Shown: positions 53,967 through 64,000 of the stretch, one piece after another
Position numbering within the stretch: the first letter of the stretch is position 1
Layout of the letters: every line of letters begins with the position of its first letter
NCBI GenBank assembly: GCA_964016885.1
Contig: OZ024745.1
Coordinates: forward strand, 99,572,001 to 99,636,000
Source of the DNA: Eledone cirrhosa
Taxonomy: Eukaryota
Length of the DNA stretch: 64,000 nt
Direction of reading: 5' to 3'
Program-made: the position numbers and the translations under genes
The notes under the pieces: model-generated
The model's input: the letters and a program-made list of their open reading frames with translations, nothing else
The model's database searches: none
What the model was told of the DNA's origin: nothing

Positions 53967-54156
53967 AAAATTTAATATAGAAATTGCTTCTACAGGACTA
54001 GAACTGATTCATTCGAAGGGGTTTCCTAATGATTTCCTTCGAATGAAACAGTCCTAGTCCTGTAGAAGCCATTTCTATATTAAATTTTGTTGTATACACT
54101 CTACTAATGTATTGAGTACTTTACTTACTGTGGTTATTCCCGATTGAACCCAGGAC
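53967..54156 (+). mobile_element. Penelope-like remnant, second family: ~53-bp inverted repeat plus ~68-bp tail, with hammerhead motif
   Basis: Arms 53967-54019 and 54036-54088; tail 54089-54156 ends at (TG)n(TA)n. Related pieces occur at 42810-42927 (+), 37753-37846 and 15976-16030 (-). Confidence 0.7.
54020..54070 (+). ncRNA. Minimal type-I hammerhead motif with a G5-to-A core mutation (probably inactive copy)
   Basis: GGTTTC / CTAATGA / T-TTC-cttc-GAA-T / GAAA / CAG-tcctagtc-CTG / TA / GAAGCC. Stem I has 6 bp, stem III 4 bp, and the cleavage triplet is GUA. The paralog at 42810 keeps TGATGA. Confidence 0.65.
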
Positions 54157-54168
54157 TTGTGTGTGTGT

Positions 54169-54220
<52 letters not shown>

Positions 54221-54344
54221 GTAGGAGGTGAGTTTTATTGTAGTACAATAAAGCAATGCAGATATCGGATAAGAAGCACTCTACAGTTTGTAGGACTGGA
54301 GTATACATAATATAAGATCAAAAGATGGTTAAAGGAGTTCCATG

Positions 54345-54415
54345 TATTTTATTATGCGCATTTCAAAAACAAACATCATCATGCAATAATATTTGTGTTT
54401 TCATCAGATAAAACA
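54345..54415 (-). ncRNA. Mirror copy of the same hammerhead ribozyme on the minus strand
   Basis: Exact reverse complement of 54541-54611 within the palindrome. Confidence 0.8.
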
Positions 54416-54540
54416 GGAGAACATGATATGAAGGCTAAAAAACACTTGTGGATAGTGCAGTCTTAAATCAACATATCATATATGTTGATTTAAGACTGCA
54501 CTATCCACAAGTGTTTTTTAGCCTTCATATCATGTTCTCC

Positions 54541-54611
54541 TGTTTTATCTGATGAAAACACAAATATTATTGCATGATGATGTTTGTTTTTGAAATGCGC
54601 ATAATAAAATA
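54541..54611 (+). ncRNA. Type-I hammerhead ribozyme with intact core and palindromic stem III
   Basis: Stem I TGTTTTAT(54541-48)/ATAAAATA(54604-11); CTGATGA 54549-55; stem II 54556-91 (15 of 16 positions paired including GU, GCAT loop); GAAA 54592-95; self-complementary ATGCGCAT 54595-602; predicted cleavage after AUA at 54603. Confidence 0.8.
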
Positions 54612-56012
54612 CATGGAACTCCTTTAACCATCTTTTGATCTTATATTATATATATATATATATATATATGCTGGAAATAATAATTTTATTAAATCCCTCA
54701 AAATTCTAAATTAGAACAGAGTGCATTTCATTTGAAATACAATCACAGAAAGTTGAACATAATCACATCAAAACACAAGGCTGATTTTCTGAATCTGAGG
54801 TACAATTTATCTGATGGGCTTCTTTAACGTCTCTGTCTACCTAGTTTCACTCACAAGGTTTAAGCTGATTTGAGGCTATGGTAAAGATACTTGCCCAAAA
54901 TGTCTTACACAGGAATTAAACCTGGGACCCAATGATTGTGAAGCCACTCAGTCACACACACACATACACAACTTGGTTAAAATTTTCGAAAACTGTTCTG
55001 ACATTCAAAGTGAAACAGGTTTTAGAGAAAGAGTAAAAGATTCTAACAATTTCTTTGAAGTGCTGGAGCACAAATGATGAATAAAAACTGAATAAAATAA
55101 GCAAGGAAAAAAAAAAGGATTAACATATTTGGTAAAAAACCAAAGAACTTATAAAGTTCAAAGGACTTTTCATCTGAAGAATTACATGTTGAAAAGTAAA
55201 ACATTTGTGGTATTAACAAGTAATGAATGAATCATGATTTAGGAGTAACATTTTTTAAAGGCAATCTCAAAGAATGGAAGATCACTGTATACTATGAAGA
55301 TGGAAGACATGTTTTTCTATAAAATAATTCCAAGCTGTTTTTAACCCCTTTGTTACCAACCCAGCCAAAACCGACTTTGGTTCTATGAAATAAAGTCACC
55401 CATTTTAAAGATTTCCAATTTAAATTAAAATCTTCCAACATAATTTTATATAAGAACCTTACATTAAATTACTGCCTTAGTAAAGAAATAATAATTTTAA
55501 TAAATCCCTCAAACTTCATTAATTAATTGAAACAGAGTGTATTCCATTAGAAATGCAGTCATGAAATGGTTAAGACTGTCTTTAAGATAATGAACAATTC
55601 AGTTTTAAAGTAAATGAATTCTGATGCTTCAAAATGTAATTTTTAACATTTGCTAATATATATACATATATATATCATTTAAGTTAGTTTCATTACTAGT
55701 GGGTAGAACTGATAGTTCTGGTTGGTAAATCATGATGTAACAAATCAATCAAAGCACTCAACGTTATGTAAGTCATACATCATAGATATGGTATCTATTG
55801 GTTGGTGTAGGAATGGAGTAAAGAATTTATTTAATTACAACAGAATGCTGGACTGGAAAATTTGCGGAAAATTCTAAAGCAAATTTTCCAGTCCGGCCTT
55901 CAGTTGTTTAATAAATGTGTGGGTGTGTGCGCGCGCGCGCGTGCGTGCGTGCGTGCGTGCATGCGTGCGTGCGTGCATGCGTGCGTGCGTGCGTGCGTGT
56001 GTGTGTGTGTAA

Positions 56013-56229
56013 AATAATGGTTTCTTATATAGGCACAAGGCCATCAATTTTGGGGGAGAGGAAAGTCGATTAAATTGACCCCAGTGCATTACTGGTACTT
56101 TATTTTATCAACCCTGTGAGGATGAAAGGCAAAGTTAACCTCGGCGGGATTTGGACTCAGATCATAAAGGGCCGTAACTATGCTGCAAAGCATGTTGTCT
56201 GATGCTCTACCAATACTGCCAATCCACCG
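56013..56229 (-). mobile_element. SINE family A (long variant)
   Basis: Matches 11056-11263. Confidence 0.85.
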
Positions 56230-56711
56230 TGCTCAATGGGTGTGTGTGTGTAAAATAATGTCACATAAATACACGCGCGCGCACATCCGAGACAGAGAGA
56301 GCAAAATATGGAAAAAAAAACAAAAACAGTTCAAGACAGAAATGAAGAAATAAAAGATAAGAGGAGAAAATGAGGGAGGAGAGATAAAGAAAAGAAAACC
56401 AAAAATATAACATAACAAAAGAAACAAAGGTGGTGAAAGAAAATATATGAAATCATTTTTAAAAATGAGAAAACAACAAAACAGAGGGGGATGCTGATAC
56501 AAAAGCAGTGAGCTTCAAAAATGAGAAATTTGCTGTGACATTTAAATTTATGGCCTATTAAGAGAATAATTTGGTTGGGTTGGAGAAGTTATGATAATAA
56601 GCCAGCAGTAATTGTACATTCAGAATTACAAATACCAATAAAAATTTACATAAGTCTTCTGTTAATGAGTGATCTAAAAAGACATTTTTCAGACTACTGG
56701 TTCAAATATAA

Positions 56712-57078
56712 AATAATAATAATAGAATTATTGTGTACAGTGCTCAGGTGCACTACAACTCATCAAAGGTGCATGTATAGTACATAGAATAATGTACAAA
56801 TGTCAGGAAAATTAACAGTGTATGAGTCATGACATGTGTGCATGTGTATGGAGGGGGAATAACAGGTATAGTGTTGGCGAATTTCAGGAAGCATGGAGGT
56901 TTTAAAGGATGCAGTGACTCGACAGCTAACAACTAATGCAGGTAGTTTGTTCCATGCTTCAGCAACTTTGAGCATGAAAATATGTTTCCGAAAATCATGG
57001 GAGTTGTGCTATTTTCTAACTTCGTAGGCATGCCCACGTGTGTTAGACACATTGAATTCCAAAAAGGTGCTCATGGTT
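56712..57078 (-). mobile_element. CR1-like LINE 3' end
   Basis: VAEAWNKLPALVVSCRVTASFKTSMLPEIRQHY. Confidence 0.85.
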
Positions 57079-57155
57079 GTAAGTGCTATTGTTATGAATG
57101 TTTGTAGTAAAGATGTAACTGGTAGTGATGTATTTGTTGAAACAGATATTGTTAT

Positions 57156-57393
57156 GATTAGAAATAGAAGCTTTCGCCATATTTTTGACTAAAGAAATTT
57201 TAGCCTGATAATGGGGCTCAGAACCCTCTAAGAAATGGAAAAAGATGAGTATTGATGTCAATAATCATCTTTTTCCAATTCTTAGAGGGTTCTAAACTCC
57301 ATTATTAGACTAAAATTTCTTTAGTCAAAAATATGGTGAAAGCTATTTCTAATTTCAAACTCGCCCACCGTTTCAAAACATAACTTACTTGTT
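57156..57393 (+). mobile_element. Inverted repeat (~98-bp arms) plus 40-bp tail between 12-bp direct repeats; Penelope-like insertion
   Basis: The palindrome 57157-57353 has a few mismatches. AGATATTGTTAT occurs at 57144-57155 and 57394-57405 (candidate TSD). Confidence 0.6.
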
Positions 57394-57516
57394 AGATATT
57401 GTTATATTTGGGGAAGGTCATGTTGCTCAAATATTACCAGAAAAATATAGTAAAACACACTCACTGTTTGGTTTAGTTTTCGCTTCAGTATATCTTTACA
57501 TTTCTATAAATAATTT

Positions 57517-57686
57517 AGCTAAGTTAAGCCAAGCCAAACTGAGCTGGGTAGCGTTAAGTTGAATGAAACCAAGTCAAGCCGGACAGAGCTAAGTTAAGCT
57601 AAGTGAAACCGAGCTAGACATAGCTAAGCTAAGCCAAATCAAGCCCAGCTGGACAGAGCTAAGCTAAGCCAAACCAAGCTGAGCTG
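57517..57686. repeat. Degenerate pentamer repeat (AGCTA/AGCCA)n
   Basis: Seen directly. Confidence 0.8.
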
Positions 57687-57804
57687 TGTGTGTATTTATG
57701 TATATATAAGTCCTAGGCTACTCTATGTAATACACAAGTCCTGGGGTACTCTCTATAATATAATATGCCTACAGTCTTACTGAGTAGTACTATTTTCTGT
57801 ATGT

Positions 57805-57845
<41 letters not shown>

Positions 57846-58185
57846 TAAATTATGTCCATAGAATCATTTGATAAAATATGTACACTATTTCCTCTCCCAA
57901 TTAGCATAATTAACCACATAAAAAATCAATTAGACCAAGCTATAAGAATAAAGGCTCCTATGAAGAAATATTTGATAAATAAACGATATATATATATATC
58001 ATCATCATCGTTTAACGTCCATTTTCCCCACCAGCATAGGCATCTAGCCATAGAAACTAAGCCAGAAACAGCTCTGTATGAGCAAGACATGGTTCCATGA
58101 TTTGATCTGACTCATCTCACAACGTCAGTACAACTCGTCTAACCCATGCTAGTATGGAAAATTGTGACATTACACACACACATAC

Positions 58186-58230
<45 letters not shown>

Positions 58231-58494
58231 ATATATAATACATGGCAAAGAATCCAGCATTCATTCAGGTGTTTCATAAACAATTAATAAATAAATACTT
58301 TTGAAAATACTTTTGAAAGAAAAATACTTTCACCATTGGGATGGAGCATACATGTGTCAGGATACTGAAATCAGCAAATATTTTAGGACAAAAATATACA
58401 AAAACATGTAAGGATGTATGTAAATAGAAAACACATTTTAAAAAAAAATACCCACTGACTAGATTTTTATGCAGTTTATGAAAGATAAAGAAGT

Positions 58495-58610
58495 GCAGGC
58501 GTGGCTGTGTGGTTAAGCAGTTTGGTTTGTAGCCACATAGTTTTGGGTGCAGTTCCACTGACAAGTGTCTACTCTAGTTTCTAGTAGACAAAAACTGCAG
58601 AAGCTCATTA
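58495..58610 (+). mobile_element. Older tRNA-derived SINE family C (decayed reverse copies near 8555-8700, 54810-54955 and 62855-62890)
   Basis: TGGCTGTGTGGTTAAG A-box-like and GGGTGCAGTTCCACTG B-box-like head; shared GTAGAC-AAACT tail motif. Confidence 0.5.
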
Positions 58611-59555
58611 TACATACATATGCATATATATATATATACAAACATACGTATACATACATATACATACACACATATATAAACAAACACACACATATACACA
58701 TGACTTTTCCAAAATAGCTGTCTAAACACATACAAAGCTTTCTTCCTGTAATTTTTTTTTTTTCATTTCTTCCTTTTCTTACTCTCATCTAGCCTATTTC
58801 TTTTACCTCTCATTTTATCTTTTGATGAAAGACTAATGTATGAAATGTTAAGACTCTTTCCTTCTATATCAAACATTAAACTAATATATAGCATCATTGT
58901 ACTGTATTGTTCTGCTGTGTTTTTCCCTGTTGACTTTTCATATATATATATATGTATATATATATGTATGTATAAAACATATGATGCATCTTCCTCTTCA
59001 GTCACCTATTTCGTGTGTTTGTGTATGTGTTTACATTTGTGTCTGTGTCTGTGTTTATGTCCTGTAACTTATAGTATCCATATCCATAAAAGGGAAGTAA
59101 CTCTAAATGAACATGAACTAGGTGAACTTAGCCATTCAATAAACTGAATAAGATAAAATAAATAAGCACCAGCCAAAGTACTGAAGTTCATATGATTGAG
59201 TGAAAACCTTGAAAGTGGTGCTCCAGCATGGTTGCTGTCCAATGACTAAATGCAGTGAAAGAACAGTAAAATTCAGTTTAACCTTCTGGAGCCTGAATTA
59301 TTTTTATGAATTGCTTCTCTTGAAACTGTATTACGTATTAAAGGGAGATGTCTGTATCAACACATTTAGTCACCCACAGCACCAAGAGGTTAAATATTAT
59401 TTTTCTTTGGAAAGATAGTAGAGATAAGCAAAGAACATAGATGGAAAAATAAAACTTAATGGAATTGTCATGAAATCTGTTCATTGAATTATTGTGGTTA
59501 ATTATTAAGTGTACTTGCTCAAAAACTGTTAAATGTCAAGACGAATCTCCTAGAA

Positions 59556-59858
59556 CAGTGGTCTCCAGCCTTTTTTATATCACAGACCGGCAGAAGCCGG
59601 ACAATCTTTCTGCGGACCAGTAGTTGGACATGTGTTATTTAAGTGCATTTCGATAAAAAGAGCAATTTATTAAAGGGAAAAAAAAGTGTATTGAGTACAT
59701 GAATATTGAATATTTAAACAAAAATCTTTTAAAATTAAAGTCTAATATTCAATTTATCTATTGTATAATTTTAAAGAAGTTAATTATTTCTTTACAGCCT
59801 GGTAGCAAATGATTCATGGACTGGTACCGGTCCACAGCCTGGTGGTTGGAGACCTCTG
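59556..59858. mobile_element. hAT (Charlie/Buster-type) MITE, 303 bp
   Basis: TIRs CAGTGGTCTCCAGCC / GGTTGGAGACCTCTG; perfect 8-bp TSD TCCTAGAA (59548-55 and 59859-66) with central TA. Confidence 0.9.
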
Positions 59859-59894
59859 TCCTAGAATACATATTAGCATTAACATGATAAATTC

Positions 59895-60376
59895 CAACCA
59901 CACACACTTACACCTCTCCAAGACAATGTCACTGGACCGAGATCTTTGGCGCTACACAGTAATACAGAAGACCCGCCTTGCCTAAGTACAAAGCGAAACC
60001 TACAGTCAGTAGGCACCTCTTAACCAAAATACACCCCCGTCCCACTACTCCGACCCCCACCCCCATATACACCACCCTTTTCGATATAAAGTTATGTTGG
60101 TACCACAACATCCAGTCCTAAATAAATTAGGTCGTGTAGGTGTCACGACAAAAAAACACACAGTCCACGCTGTAATGTGGTTGTGTAGGTAACACGGTAA
60201 AAACCTCCCAGTCCACACTGTAAACGTGGTTGGTGTTAGGAAGGGCATCCAGCCGTAAAAAACCCACCAGACAGTCCTGAGCAAGACAACCAATCTTGCC
60301 TCAAGTGGGACAATTCCCATCCAGACCCATGCTAGTGTGGAAGATGGATGTTAAACGATGATGATGATGATGATGA
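59895..60376 (+). mobile_element. 3' end of the second RTE subfamily
   Basis: Matches the reverse complement of 49170-49530 and ends GGATGTTAAACGATGATGATG. Confidence 0.85.
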
Positions 60377-60553
60377 TTATATTTTGGTGTTGTACATTTT
60401 TAGCAGCCCTCTTTCTTTCTAGTCGTTACATTCTCAATGTTCTATGGGAACAAAGCAAGGAAGGTCTAGAATGTGTGTGCTCACAACTACATGGGCACCT
60501 AAATTTCTTAGGGAAATCATGGTGCATACTACCACATTAAACTTGATTGTGAG

Positions 60554-60691
60554 TGATGGTAGTAGTAGTGGTGTTAGTAGTAGCAGCAGCAGTACTAGCA
60601 GCAGTAGTAATAGTAATAGCAGCAACAAAAGCAGCAGCAGTAGTAGTAGCAGCAATAGTGGTAGCAGCAGTAGTAGTAGTAGTAGCAACAA

Positions 60692-60721
<30 letters not shown>
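60554..60721. repeat. (AGT/AGC)n trinucleotide repeat
   Basis: Seen directly. Confidence 0.95.
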
Positions 60722-60722
<1 letters not shown>

Positions 60723-61186
60723 TTTTTGGCAAGTGACTTGATCAGAGACCATGTGTTAAAACTAAAACAATTACAGAATTACAGAAGAGCCATTTTAGCT
60801 GTTGAATTCACTTTATTTTTATCCTGTGACCTGGTCACCAACTCAATTCCACTGCAATTGACTGATAAATGATAAACGTAAAGTGAATGTAATAGATTTT
60901 GTGTATTTTTTTAACGACTAAAATGATTATCCATGATGTAATTGCTTAATATCATATATCATGAAACAATATTAATTTCTTGATTTGAAATTGTGATAAA
61001 TATATATGACATATTTATCTCAACAAAAATTATGAGAAATTAATTAGTTGTATTGTAAGAAACTTTATAACCAAAAACATTTCTATTTAATATTTTATTT
61101 TCTTGAACCTTTAGGCTTTCAGCCGGACTATATTCTTTTATTGGTTTCAGTCAATAGACTGTGCCCATGCTTGCACAATCTTAATA

Positions 61187-62204
61187 CAGTCGAGTCCGCT
61201 TAAGAGTATACCCTCGGGAATGGAAAATAGTATACTCTTAAGCGGACTATACTCTTATCCGGACTAAGTAAAATTATTCCATAGTATTATTATTTTGAGT
61301 CTTTCAATGATTAAAAATCGCTTTATTATCCTTTAAAATGCATTTATAAGTAAAAAAAATGAAAGTTACACCAACAAATTCAACAAAATTATAGATAAAT
61401 TAAGCAATATTTCAACATATTGGTATGCAATTTGGTGAAACCATTTTATGAGTGCATCTTTCAATCCTTGATGATCAACTGATCTTCTACATTTCGCATG
61501 CAAATCCACATTTGATAGAGCCAATTTTCGATATTTTTTTCATTCTGGAGATGGCTGCTTGACTGCAATTGAATTTATTAGACAATTCATTTTCTGACTT
61601 GGCAGATTTCAATTAATCCAAAATAGCAATTTTTTGAGTAATGGATAAAGCAGAGCGTTTCAAAGACATTTTTATGACACAATGAATTATTATTTTTGTA
61701 TTTGCATATATTAAACTTTAAATTGCTTTTAAAATGGTTGTATAAATGACATCATCGCATTTCATTTTGAATTGTTTAAAATGGTTATAAGCCCAATTTA
61801 CTTTACCGTATTCATTATACTCTTATTCGGACTAAATTATATAGAAAATATATAAACGGAAATTGATTATGCTATACTCTTATACAAACTATACTCTTAT
61901 CTGATACACTCTTAAGTGGACCCATGCACTGTACAAAACATAGTACATAAATTCGGGAATTGATTATGCTATACTCTTATACGAACTATACTCTTATCTG
62001 ATATACTCTTAAGCGAACCCATGCACTGTACAAAACATAGTACATAAATTCGGGAATTGATTATGCTATACTCTTATACGAACTATACTCTTATCTGATA
62101 CACTCTTAAGCGGACCCATGCACTGTACAAAACATAGTACATAAATTTGGGAATTGATTATGCTATACTCTTATGCGAACTATACTCTTAAGCGGACTCG
62201 ACTG
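61187..62204 (-). mobile_element. Non-autonomous pogo/Tigger-like DNA transposon with internal 97-bp tandem repeat
   Basis: TA TSD; perfect 24-bp TIR CAGTCGAGTCCGCTTAAGAGTATA; a minus-strand remnant from ATG 61669 (MSLKRSALSITQKIAILD*...KFNCSQAAISRMKK...LKDALIKWF) resembles the CENP-B/Tigger HTH; ~3.5 units of 97 bp at 61858-62198. Confidence 0.9.
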
Positions 62205-62486
62205 TACTTATATTTTCAAGTCTAGTATTTCTTTTGTCAACCCCTTTTTGCCAAACAGCTAACATACAGGACATAAATGTAAACACAGACATGGATACAC
62301 ACACACATATATATATATTAGCAAAAACAGCTATTGAATAATGAATATATATATATACATATGATAAAGGGGGCAGATTGGAACCTTTCTTGCAAAGCTA
62401 GAATTTGCTCTGGTGCATGTTTGCAAATTTCCTTAATTACTTGTCAGCACCAAACCAGCATTATATACACACACACACACACACAT

Positions 62487-62823
62487 GGAGGCACATGGCT
62501 TAGTGGCTAGAGCATTGGGCTTGTAACCGAAAGGTTGTGAGTTCAATTCTCAGACCGGGTGATGTGTTGTGTCCTTGAGCAAGACACTTTATTTCACATT
62601 GCTCCAGTTTACTCAGCTGTAGAAATGAAATGATAGAGACTGGGGTCTCTATCATTCCACTGCAAAGGGTCATGGAGGTGCCACGACAAAAAAGCACCCA
62701 GCACTCACTGTAAATGAGGTTGGTGTTAGGAAGGGCATCCAGCTGTAGAAATCAAGCCAGAATCAGTTCCCGTTCCACCTTTGTAAGCAGGGAAAAGCGG
62801 ACGTAACATGATGACGATGATGA
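62487..62823 (+). mobile_element. SINE family B
   Basis: Same motifs. Confidence 0.9.
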
Positions 62824-64000
62824 TACATATATATATATTTATTTATATATACAACAGGCTTCTGTACTTTCTGCCTACCAAATTTCATTCAGACAATGGG
62901 ACTGAAATTGAAATTAAGTTTGAAAATCAAGCCCCTTGACTGAATAGTGTATTTGTGATCCATTGCAGTAAAATTTTGCACCAAAGAGGGAGATAGGGGA
63001 TGTTGGAGAGAGAGAAAGAGAAAAAAAGGCAATATATAATTTTCTTTTTTTTTCGCTATTTCTTTTCTTTTCATGACCAATTATTAAGAAATTACGAGAA
63101 TCTGAATAAGTGACATATAATTAATGTAAAATAAAATGGCCTATTAAAAGTTCATATCTGGAAAATTTAATGTTCATAAATATAAAGTTACTAGTTTTTT
63201 TGGTTACACATGAACAAGAAAAAATTTGAAAGTAAAATATTTTACGGTTAGTGTAATAGTGTAAATGTACTATATAGTAAGTAAACATTTTAAACACAAA
63301 TAATCACTATTGTCATAAATTTATATAAATTGCATATTCAAAAATATTTCTTGAACTAATGTTAAAAGCTCAAAAGGTATCTTGTCTATGAAAATTAACA
63401 AATTTGTTTTGTAATATTTATTATATGCGTTTAGGAGTGAGAATACTCAATAGCTTTTCTAAGGTCTTTCAAAATTGAGAATCCAGGTGGAGTTAGTGCA
63501 GCTAACATTATTTTTCAAATTTTATAAACTTTTTTCATAAAATTATAATATAAATCTATAACAGAGCTAAGTAATTACTTAAGAGTGTTGCTTTTTAACC
63601 TCTTCAGTGTTGTAAACGAGATAACTCATCCTAACATGTATGCATTCTAGTGCCATGGACAAGATAAATCGTCCTAACATGTTTGAACTCTTTTCCACCA
63701 TTTCATAACTTCAAAGATAGATGGGATTACTAGTTTATTGATGTGACGTTTGTCAGTCATTCTGTTATGCATTGTTAATAAATGTTTGTTTAAAAATATA
63801 GTCATTATTTGGTACTGTTGGTAGAAGTGGTTACTCTGGGTTTTAAATTGTGAAAATATTTTGTTTTATTCATAGATTTGCAAAAATGTCGTAATGAGGT
63901 AAGCTGAAGCAGAGTTAAAGGATTGGTTGGAAGGGATTTCCCGGGGATTGTTTGTAATGTAATTGTGGAGAAGAGAGCATATGTGGGTGTGTTAGGTAGC

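Larger units (their letters stand above)
54220..54649 (-). mobile_element. Penelope-like pseudo-LTR remnant: perfect inverted repeat (170-bp arms, 3-nt loop) plus ~86-bp one-sided tail
   Basis: 54307-54476 is the exact reverse complement of 54480-54649. The tail 54220-54306 recurs at 52727-52812. The element is flanked by (TA)n on both sides and has a hammerhead motif in its arms. Confidence 0.75.

Noticed and set aside
60434-60872. Poly-Ser/Leu/Thr/Val ORFs
   Set aside because: (AGT/AGC)n repeat.

Overview
Eukaryotic, very AT-rich and repeat-dominated DNA. The SINE/LINE families and huge (TA)n/(CA)n/(TACA)n tracts point to an octopod cephalopod (inferred by recall, not by search). The only host coding sequence I can support is the large terminal exon of a chondroitin sulfate synthase (CHSY1-like) gene on the minus strand (26874-28430). 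No upstream exon was found, so 28431-64000 is probably part of one intron of more than 35 kb. The rest is transposon debris: tRNA-derived SINEs, CR1, RTE and CRE LINE fragments, bipartite non-autonomous RTEs, decayed Tc1/mariner copies, pogo, hAT and piggyBac MITEs, and two non-autonomous Helitrons. The most interesting signal is a set of short non-coding 'inverted repeat + one-sided tail' elements, most of them anchored in microsatellites, with the architecture of Penelope-like retroelement pseudo-LTRs. Several carry type-I hammerhead ribozyme motifs. The best example is a perfect 343-bp palindrome (54307-54649) with an intact hammerhead core in each arm and a palindromic stem III. Nearly all long ORFs in the supplied track are microsatellite artefacts.
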